From NCBI GenBank assembly GCA_036785375.1, contig JAWMAR010004485.1, forward strand, positions 1-49,416: DNA of 49,416 nt, given 5' to 3'. Positions within the stretch are counted from its first letter, which is position 1, and each line of letters opens with the position of its first letter. This DNA is from Leucoraja ocellata (lineage: Eukaryota). Below the pieces are notes generated by a model. It was not told the origin of the DNA and did not search any database. It worked only from the letters and a program-made list of their open reading frames with translations. Below are positions 36,801-46,218 of the stretch, piece after piece. The translations under genes and the position numbers were made by a program.

Positions 36801-39800
36801 NNNNNNNNNNNNNNNNNNNNNNNNNNNNNNNNNNNNNNNNNNNNNNNNNNNNNNNNNNNNNNNNNNNNNNNNNNNNNNNNNNNNNNNNNNNNNNNNNNNN
36901 NNNNNNNNNNNNNNNNNNNNNNNNNNNNNNNNNNNNNNNNNNNNNNNNNNNNNNNNNNNNNNNNNNNNNNNNNNNNNNNNNNNNNNNNNNNNNNNNNNNN
37001 NNNNNNNNNNNNNNNNNNNNNNNNNNNNNNNNNNNNNNNNNNNNNNNNNNNNNNNNNNNNNNNNNNNNNNNNNNNNNNNNNNNNNNNNNNNNNNNNNNCC
37101 TACTTCGTTTCCCGCTCGGCCTGTCGTCACGTCTGTGAAGTCGCCGTCACCGTCGCCGTGCTGGTTGCCTGCCGTGAAACATGGATTTCAGATTAGAGTT
37201 AGCGTAACATTTCGTCCCCAACGGACCCACAAACAATAGGCAATCCCAAACGGTGGATCAGTAAAGAGACACGTGGAATTCGAGCAATTCCCTACCCCGC
37301 TTCTTGCAGCGTTTGTAGACAATCACAATAACTATCGCCAGAAGAATGATCGCTACCGGAAATCCCACAAACCGCAACGATATGCAAGCGTCCCAAGGCG
37401 ACGTACCTGGAGTGGAAAGGAAACATTCCATTTATTAGTCCAAACATATCTATCTCTTGGTTACCCACTCGAAGAATGTATTCAATGAGAGTCCAGTTCC
37501 GTTTAGTTTAGTTTGGTTTAGTTTAGTTTATTATTGCCACATGTACTGAGGCAGAATGGAAATCCTTTGTTTGCCTGCTATCCAGTCAAAGATAAAACAA
37601 TATAACCAGGCGGTCCACAGTAAACAGATCATTTATCAGAGGCCCTCAATAAATTGGTGGCAGGTTCCTTGATCACGCAGATCCCCAATATGTTCATCAC
37701 AAATATTTCTGAAAAATATTGAAAACGGGCAGACAAAGGCAGATGCATACATTATATCTACAGATAAATATCATAGAAAGCAAGAGACAAACTCTAACTT
37801 GCAATGAAAATACGTGGCTTAATGAACTCAACCGTGTGTAAGGCGATTCTTATGATGGTTACATTGTTGACACCATTTTATCTCAGTTTCCGGTTCCCTG
37901 TTCACAATTGAACTCAGAATCAGTTGTGACTATTCGCCTCATAAGTGGAATACCAGCCACTGCTGGTGGACATTCCATGCGTGTAACCCCGTGTGTGAGC
38001 GATAGCAAGAAACTGAAATTACAAATTGCAAATTCAAGCGAATTCTGAAATGATCCAAGGTTACACAAAAAAGCTGGAGAAACTCAGCGGGTGCAGCAGC
38101 ATCTATGGAGCGAAGGAAATGGGCAACGTTTCGGGCCGAAACCCTTCTTCAGTTTCGGCCCGAAACGTTGCCTATTTCTTTCGCTCCATAGATGCTGCTG
38201 CACCCGCTGAGTTTCTCCAGCTTTTTTGTGTACCTTCGATTTTCCAGCATCTGCAGTTCCTTCTTAAACACTGAAATGATCCACCCTGACTTAATTGAGT
38301 CTTGAACGAAGACACAAAATGTCCCGGAGGTTGCAGGTAGTGGAAGCAGGTAGGGAGACTGACAAAAACCTCCGGGAACCGCACGGAAACCTTGGGAGGG
38401 GCGCAAAGTCTCCAGAGGTTTCCGTTCAGGTTTCCTAAGTGGGACAGGGGCATTACTCCAACATTTCGAATCCAACCAGTATCTGCAGTTGGTTCCTACA
38501 CACTAGAATTGTCGGACAGGTGCAATGTATTAGATCGCCAAGTGGTGCTAGATAAAAGATTAACATGAAGATATCAGTGATGGGACACTCCCGATAATTA
38601 CCTCTTTGAGCGACGACATATTTGCTGGTGAGGGTTTGACTCGAGTTGATTCGCAGCGCGCAGTTACAGACGCGCCAGCTTTTCACGGGAACGCTGATCT
38701 GACTGATCACGACGTGTGATCCGTCCTGGTCTATCGTTCCAGAGTCCTCCCATCCCTCCATGTCCCGTCCCGACACAGTCCAGCGTATGGATGGGGAGTG
38801 AGACGCCGCGTTTTGCACCAGGCACATCAGTTGCACCGCTTCCATCCCCCGAATCTCATCCGGCGGCGGAGTTAAGAGAATGACGCGCGGAGACCCTGCG
38901 GGAAAAGGGGTGCAGTTGGAATTATAGTTCGACTAAAAATTAACCTGTGAACAAGCGACGTCAGTTAAGTTCATTCTAACCTGCAACTATTAGTTTGGAT
39001 CCGTTCCCGAACACGAGGGGCATTCCGCTATATTTCCTGGCTGAACAGTAATACCACCCAGAATCATTTCTCTGGACTTTGTTAATAAACATGGAATAGA
39101 TGGTCATTTTGTCGTTCACTTGTCCCGAGAATCTTCCGGCGGGTATCCCGTACTCCCACGCCGTGTAGATTAGCTGTAGTTGCCGGTGCTGCCGTTTGTA
39201 CCAAAACACCTTCCCGCTTCCCAGCAAGCCTGTGTGGCAATCCACCTTGAAGGCTTTCCCAACATCAAGGGTTTGAGCCGTCGGCGACTGCGGGTAAACG
39301 TCCCGAGGGTCCACGCCTGTTGGGAAGGAATTAATCAGAAGGTTTAGTGGAACCAAAGAAATGCAGATGGTGGTTTATTTAAAAAAAGACACAGAGTGCT
39401 GGAGTAACTCAGCGGGTCAGGCAGCATCTGTGGAGAACATGGATAGGTGACGTTTCACAGAGTGCTGGAGTAACTCAGCGGGTCAGGCAGCATCTGTGGA
39501 GAACATGGATAGGTGACGTTTCACAGAGTGCTGGAGTAACTCAGCGGGTCAGGCAGCATCTGTGGAGAACATGGATAGGTGACGTTTCACAGAGTGCTGG
39601 AGTAACTCAGCGGGTCAGGCAGCATCTGTGGAGAACATTGATAGGTGACGTTTCACAGAGTGCTGGAGTAACTCAGCGGGACGGGTAGCATCTGTGGAGA
39701 ACATGGATAGGTGATGTTTCACAGAGTGCTGGAGTAACTCAGCGGGTCAGGCAGCATCTGTGGAGAACATGGATAGGTGACGTTTCGAGTCGGGACGCTT

Positions 39801-41035
39801 CTTCAGACGATTCAAGCCATCCCGCTAAATGCACAGACTGAACAAAAAGACATCAGGGTTTGCTGTAAAATGCGACGCCCGGTCACCAAATGAACAGGAT
39901 TTTAATCTAATTTGGGATTTACAATGTTAGGGTTCAAGGGAGGCACCAGAGTGGCGCAGCGGTAGAGTTGCCGCCTCACAGCGCCAGAGACCCGGGGTTC
40001 GATCCCGACTACGGGCGCTGTCTGTATGGAGTTTGTACGTTCTCCCCGTGAGCTGCGTGGGTTTTCTCCGACATCTTCGGTTTCCTCTCACACCCCAAAG
40101 ACGTGCGGGTTTGTAGGTTAATTGGCTTTGGTATAAATGTGTAAATGTAGAATTGTTCCTCTTGTGTGTAGGGTAGTGTCAGTGTGCCGGGAGCGCTGGT
40201 CAGTGCGGACTCGGTGGGCCGAAGGGCCTGTTTCCCCGATGTATCTCTAAACTAAACGAAACAAAATGTAACAAGAACGCGAGAAAGAAAGATATTAGTA
40301 GAAGGATGCGCGGATGTACATCGACACACATGGACTAGTATTCAGGCGGGTAAAATAGGTCGAGTTTGCAGCCATCCAAGACATTATGAAGTGGCTGTCA
40401 CAATGTATACGGCAGCCTATATTAGTGGGAAAAGACCCTGACCATTTAATAATATGTGTTTAAGAGGGAACTGCAGATGCTGGAAAATCGAAGGAAGACA
40501 AAAATGCTGGAGAAACTCAGCGGGTGAGGCAGAATCTGTGGAGCGAAGGAAATAGGCAACATTTCAGGTCGAGACCCTTCTTCTGAACATCTAATAATAT
40601 TTAATGATCTGCATTGAAAGCCACAACGTCCATTTTGTTTCAACAAACGGTTGATACATCGATGAGCGATGTCGATCAGCTGCAAAAGACTATTTGTTAT
40701 TTATTGAACATTTTTTTCTCTGCCCCCCGTTATACATATTCATATATTGTGTTGTGCTGCAGCAAGTAAGAATATCATTGGCCCATCCAGCATATTTGAC
40801 AATAAAACATTCTTGACTCTTGGTCCGTGGAGATAGTGGACATGGCCCCATTTAAAGTCTCAGTCCAACACGAGACATTGGCGGAACACGGTACACGGTG
40901 ACTACCCGGGATCATTTCGCCTGACGCTTTCTCTTCCCGATTTGCGGCCCGGTTTGAAGTAACCGATGACTAACCTGCGAGGATATGGACCAGGAAACAT
41001 GTCGTTAAGACGCTCACGGTCGCGGTCGCCGCCAT
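33799..41035 (-). CDS. Gene B: intact non-rearranging VJ-C1-TM receptor with C-terminal ITIM/ITSM-like motif (307 aa as modelled)
   Basis: Exons 41035-40975 (MAATATVSVLTTCFLVHILA), 39316-38981 (VJ), 38895-38602 (C1), 37406-37296 (TM), 37168-37104 (GNQHGDGDGDFTDVTTGRAGNE) and 33855-33799 (TVYAGLRFNAARLKDRRR*). All GT-AG, phases 1,1,1,1,0, total 924 nt in frame. Minus-strand AATAAA at 33311-33316 and 33226-33231. An extra exon could hide in the gap 36641-37098. Confidence 0.85.
34380..34855 (+). mobile_element. CR1 LINE 3' end (in a gene B intron)
   Basis: Same family sequence and TTTCTATG tail. Confidence 0.85.
37296..37406 (-). CDS. Gene B stalk/TM exon
   Basis: GTSPWDACISLRFVGFPVAIILLAIVIVIVYKRCKKR; strong pyrimidine acceptor; 111 nt, phase 1/1. 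Confidence 0.88.
38045..38283. mobile_element. Short Penelope-derived insertion with inverted arms and 13-bp direct repeats
   Basis: CTGAAATGATCCA at 38045-38057 and 38271-38283; the internal arms are reverse complements of each other. Confidence 0.75.
38602..38895 (-). CDS. Gene B C1-like exon
   Basis: PRVILLTPPPDEI (like the IgL/TCR C1 A-strand), LMCLVQN, IRW, WRVCNC; 294 nt; 85-nt V-C intron. Confidence 0.9.
38981..39316 (-). CDS. Gene B germline-joined VJ exon
   Basis: QSP, VDC, FWYKR, GRFSG, DSGWYYC, LVFGNGSKLIVA in one open exon of 336 nt; cccaacag acceptor, G|gttaga donor. Confidence 0.93.
39390..39785 (-). repeat. Six tandem copies of a 66-bp Penelope-derived unit in gene B intron 1
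   Basis: CACAGAGTGCTGGAGTAACTCAGCGGGTCAGGCAGCATCTGTGGAGAACATGGATAGGTGACGTTT x6. Confidence 0.92.
39942..40262 (+). mobile_element. tRNA-derived V-SINE (HE1-like)
   Basis: A box (TGGCGCAGCGG), B box (GGTTCGATCCC), V-domain core GGAGTTTGTACGTTCTCCCCGTG, and (TAAAC)n tail. Confidence 0.85.
40975..41035 (-). CDS. Gene B leader exon
   Basis: ATGG start, 20-codon signal-peptide-like sequence, phase-1 G|gttagt donor. Confidence 0.78.
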
Positions 41036-41074
41036 CTGTGCACCCACCCGAGAGTTTGCCCGGATACGGTTCTG

Positions 41075-41205
41075 CTCGGAAGCGAGATGAAATGCGGGCC
41101 AGAGTTGCCGAAATTAGACCCCGCGTTGAAAGATAGTTGAGTGGAAAGTCCCGCGCGGTAGTGATGCCTGATGCGGGTTTCCTGTTTGTACCTTCGACGT
41201 CACTG
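41075..41205 (-). promoter_or_regulatory. Putative gene B promoter: NF-kB site, ETS cores and CRE-like decamer
   Basis: GGGACTTTCC (- strand, 41143-41152), ACAGGAAA (41178-41185) and AGTGACGTCG (41195-41204), 108-170 nt upstream of the ATG. Confidence 0.55.
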
Positions 41206-43559
41206 AGTACATTTGTGGCAGGTGGTGGTCGACACGTGTAGCCAGGCAGCCGAAACTGTAGGCGGTGAACTGGGCGTAGAGTGGAAACAGGCCCTTCGGC
41301 CCATACTGGCCCACACCGGCCAACATACCCCACCGGCTACACTAGACCCACCTGCCTGCGCTTGGTCCATATCCCTCCAAACCTGTCCTATCCATGCACC
41401 TGTCTAAATGTTTCTGCTGACTCCCTCAATGGTGTGAGACCGAGAGAATGATCACATGCCCGGGGTTAGGAGGGGGGTCGAGGGCGGGGAGAGCGGGGGG
41501 GGGGGGGCAGTGGGGGCTAGATATATTGAGAANNNNNNNNNNNNNNNNNNNNNNNNNNNNNNNNNNNNNNNNNNNNNNNNNNNNNNNNNNNNNNNNNNNN
41601 NNNNNNNNNNNNNNNNNNNNNNNNNNNNNNNNNNNNNNNNNNNNNNNNNNNNNNNNNNNNNNNNNNNNNNNNNNNNNNNNNNNNNNNNNNNNNNNNNNNN
41701 NNNNNNNNNNNNNNNNNNNNNNNNNNNNNNNNNNNNNNNNNNNNNNNNNNNNNNNNNNNNNNNNNNNNNNNNNNNNNNNNNNNNNNNNNNNNNNNNNNNN
41801 NNNNNNNNNNNNNNNNNNNNNNNNNNNNNNNNNNNNNNNNNNNNNNNNNNNNNNNNNNNNNNNNNNNNNNNNNNNNNNNNNNNNNNNNNNNNNNNNNNNN
41901 NNNNNNNNNNNNNNNNNNNNNNNNNNNNNNNNNNNNNNNNNNNCTGGAACCCATTTTGCGCGACTCCAACAGTCGCTGGCGAGTTCTACGATCACATTCG
42001 CGCGTTTGGAGAATGATGCACGAGTTATAATTGTTTGGATTCTCACCTGTTTGCCTTTCACAAATCCATACCGACTCTCTCTCTCTCTCATCCATTCGTT
42101 ATGTTCCTGTCACGACACCGTTCATCGAAGACTTCATCGTTTTATCTTCTATTGAACGGAGTTTTACGTTCTGCCTGGGAGCCAGTGGTGCTCCGGTTTC
42201 CCCCCACATCCAGAAGTCGTGCAGGTTTGTAGGTTAATTGGCTTCGGTAAAATTGTAAATTGTCTCCTGTGTTTAGGATAGCACGGTCTCGGTGGGCCGA
42301 ATGGCCAGTTTCCGCACTGTATCTCTACAGTAAGTGAAGACAATGGCCGGCGATTTACAGTCCACGGGAGCGGGGTTCGGCCGTTATAATCCTATCATCT
42401 CGTCAGCCATATTCACTCCAGAAATTAGATCATAAGGTCTTGTGATAGGCCATTCGGCCGTCAGGCCTACGACATTCTATCCCTCCCTCCTAACCCCATT
42501 CTCCTGCCCTCTCCCTATAACCCCTGACACCCGCACTAATCAACAATCTATCTATCTCCGCCTTAACATTTAGTTAAAATTCGATTATGTTTGTGGTCGG
42601 CGGAATGACACGACGCAAAATTCGACAGCCACGACTTTGTCAAACGCTGCGATAATACTTTGCACCCAGATATGTGTTAGAAACAACGTTGTTCCAATAA
42701 AGAGAATGGTTTGTATCCAGGGATATTTTAGTGCGTCTCTCTTTGCCAAAAGGACAGAACCTTTCCCTGGACGTTTAGCCTCAGTATTGTCGGGGTGTGT
42801 GTGTGTGCAATGAAGAGTCCCGGCCAGTGGCGGACTGGGTCTAAAAATATTGGTTGCCAGGAGACAATGGGGCCCACCCACAACTACAATGCTATCATTT
42901 ATCAGGGGCCCACTTGCTATGGGGCAAGCTGATACTCTGGCCAGTCCGCTACTGCTCCAGGCTCGCTCGCCCCACACTCCATCCCATTGTGAATATATAC
43001 GAGGAGGAGATCAGCCTCTTGGGAACATTTTTCCCGTATCTACGGCCTTCACCACGTTGAGGTATCATGAATATCCCCGGAGGAACAGTTTCATTCTGTT
43101 CCAATGTGTCGATACAATATGAACATGCCTGCTACAATGAACTGAGAAACTGCCCACTACAGTTAAAATAAGCATTTCTGTAAGGAATATTTCTTTACGA
43201 ATTTCTTTCATGTTGATGTTCAGACGCCAGAGATTTTATTTAGAAAACAAGTTTAAATATACATTTAAAATCCTTTGTTTGCCGCCGATATCCGGTAATT
43301 CTGTACAATTTCTATTCGTGAAGGGCAGACACCGGAAATTGGGGGCGCATAGTGCATCGTGCAACAGCAAACGCTGATCAAACGCCGAACATAGACTCGA
43401 AATGCTGGAGTAACTCAACGGGACCGGCAGCATCTCTGGAGAGAAGGAGTGGGTGACGTTTCGGGTCAGAGAGACCCCTGATGACATTATATCTCTGTTT
43501 GCTTGCCACCTTCCCCCGAGTTAACAATGATCCATTCTATTGTTTAAGAAGGTATTGCA

Positions 43560-45015
43560 GATGCAGGAAGATTGTTCCCGATGTTGGGGAAGTCCTGAAC
43601 AAGGGGTCACACAGTTTAAAGATAAGGGGGAAATCTTTTAGGACCGAGATGAGAAAAAAAAAATTTACACAGAGAGTGGTGAATCTGTGGAATTCTCTGC
43701 CACAGAAGGTAGTTGAGGCCACACAGTTCATTGGCTATATTTAAGAGGGAGTTAGATGTGGCCCTTGTGGCTAAAGGGATCAGGGGATATGGAGAGAAGG
43801 CAGGGATGGGATACTGAGTTGGATGATCAGCCATGATCATATTGAATGGCGAATGGTGCAGGTTCGAAGGGCCGAATGGCCTCTACTCCTGCACCTATTG
43901 TCTATGTTTCTATGTTTCTATGCTGGAAAATCGAATGTAGACAAAAATGCTGGAGAAACTCAGCGGGTGCAGCAGCATCTATGGAGCGAAGGAAATAGGC
44001 AACGTTTCGAGTTTCGACCCGATGCTGCCTCATCCGCTGTGTTTCTCCAACATTTCTGTCTACCAATGATCTATTTTACATTTTTCGTTGAGATTCGTCT
44101 CTTTTGATGCCTTACACGTCCTTATCTCTGTAACTCCCTCTCCCCTGACGCTCAGTCTGAAACATAGAAACATAGAAACATAGAAACATAGAAAATAGGT
44201 GCAGGAGTAGGCCATTCAGCCCTTCGAGCCTGCACCGCCATTCAATATGATCATGGCTGATCATCCAACTCAGTATCCCGTACCTGCCTTCTCTCCATAC
44301 CCCCTGATCCCCTTAGCCACAAGGGCCACATCTAACTCCCTCTTAAATATAGCCAATGAACTGGCCTCAACTACCCTCTGTGGCAGAGAATTCCAGAGAT
44401 TCACCACTCTCTGTGTGAAAAAAGTTCTTCTCATCTCGGTTTTAAAGGATTTCCCCTTTATCCTTAAGCTGTGACCCCTTGTCCTGGACTTCCTTAACAT
44501 CGGGAACAATCTTCCTGCATCTAGCCTGTCCAACCCCTTAAGAATTTTGTAAGTTTCTATAAGATCCCCTCTCAATCTTCTAAATTCTAGAGAGTATGGC
44601 TGATCATGGCTGATTATCCAACTCAGTATCCCGTACCTGCCTTCTCTCCATACCCCCTGATCCCCTTAGCCACAAGGGCCACATCTAACTCCCTCTTAAA
44701 TATAGCCAATAAACTGTGTGGCCTCAACTACCCTCTGTGGCAGAGAATTCCAGAGATTCACCACTCTCTGTGTGAAAAAAGTTCTTCTCATCTCGGTTTT
44801 AAAGGATTTCCCCTTTATCCTTAAGCTGTGACCCCTTGTCCTGGACTTCCTTAACATCGGGAACAATCTTCCTGCATCTAGCCTGTCCAACCCCTTAAGA
44901 ACTTTGTAAGTTTCTATAAAATCCCCCCTCAATCTTCTAAATTCTAGCGAGTACAAGCCGAGTCTATCCAGTCTTTCTTCATATGAAAGTCCTGACATCC
45001 CAGGAATCAGTCTGG
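43560..45015. mobile_element. Cluster of CR1 3' ends (+ 43560-43922; two tandem - copies 44160-45015)
   Basis: CR1 C-terminal ORFs and CATAGAAA tails. Confidence 0.85.
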
Positions 45016-46098
45016 TGGGGTCTCCACTCGAAACCTTACCCATTCGTTCCATCTAGAGACGCTGTCTGTCCTGCTGAGTTACTCCAGCACTTTGTGTGTA
45101 TCTTCGGTGTAAATCAGCATCTGCAGTGCCTTTATAAACATGTATTAAAGGCCAATTTTAATCCGCTTTCCCTTGCCCGTTATTCCCGCCAAGGATTGTC
45201 GTTGCCGAGGGACCTCTGGACGAGACTTTGATGTTCAAATAGTTCCATGTTCGCGGAAGGAGAACCTTTCGATATCAGTTGGTATTATTCCGCAGCTGAG
45301 CGTCGATCTGTGAGTGAAGGACAAGAGCAAAGATCTTTAGACCAGAGAACAGTTGCCCCATCTTCATCCACCCGTCGCCGTGAAACCAAAGCAGACGCGA
45401 CAGACTCGGTCCCAGAACAGAGGGGCTCGATGTTGGAGGTGAAAGTCTCCTCAATGTCATTGTCACAATGAACAGCAAACAATCTCTCCTGGTCCCTGCT
45501 CCTCTCCCAATGTCCCCTCCCCCCCGACAGCCCGATCTCGGTCACATTTTACAGCCCCCGCGCTCTCTAATCTCACACAGTCGACATTCCTGTAACCCTG
45601 TCCCACACGACAGCGACTGCGCGTATCACTATCGCTCATACATGGCCCAGCATCACATCCTCCCTATTTCTGTAAACGTGGTCTCCCCCATAGTCCTATA
45701 ACACTAATCCTAGCCCTTATGTCCCCTCCTCCCTGTCTTAAACCTCCCGCACCTTCCCCCCTCTCTATCCGCTTAATCTCATCAAGCCCTTGCACCCGTT
45801 TCCAATGTATGTAACCCGCTCTAAATCTCTCTCTATTTCTCTAAATCCCTGCAACCCCACCCCGGCCTACACCGCTCCCCCCCGGTCCCCCTCCCCCCCC
45901 CCCGGTCCCCCCCCCCCCCCCGGTCTCACCCCCCCCCCTCCCCCCCGGTCTCCCCCTCCCCCCCGTCTACACCCCCCCCCCGGTCTACAGATTTGTCTGG
46001 TTGAAGGACATGTTTGGACGTCAGTCATTGTCAGAGGGCGCTTGCTCGGCGGATGGCGAGCGGATCGGTTCATCATTCGGTTAAAGACGGCGAGTTAC

Positions 46099-46218
46099 CT
46101 GGCCGGCGATTCTCGAGAATCCTCCAGACGGCCAGGGCGCTTCCCCCCAGAATAAGGAGCAGGAGGGTTGGCACCAGCCCGGTGAACAGCAGGAGAGGAC
46201 AAACTGAGGCGCCTGCAA
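46099..46218 (-). CDS. Gene C stalk/TM exon
   Basis: (VA)GASVCPLLLFTGLVPTLLLLILGGSALAVWRILENRRP-G|gtaact; two in-frame acceptors 6 nt apart. Confidence 0.85.

Noticed and set aside
40263-40331. Hydrophobic minus-strand ORF MCVDVHPRILLLISFFLAFLLH as gene B leader
   Set aside because: No phase-1 GT donor; it runs into a SINE tail. 41035-40975 is a clean alternative.
42040-42095. Minus-strand GTGAGA donor as a possible gene C exon end
   Set aside because: The upstream sequence (SRYGFVKGK) resembles the CR1 RT motif QHGFVKG; no acceptor was found.
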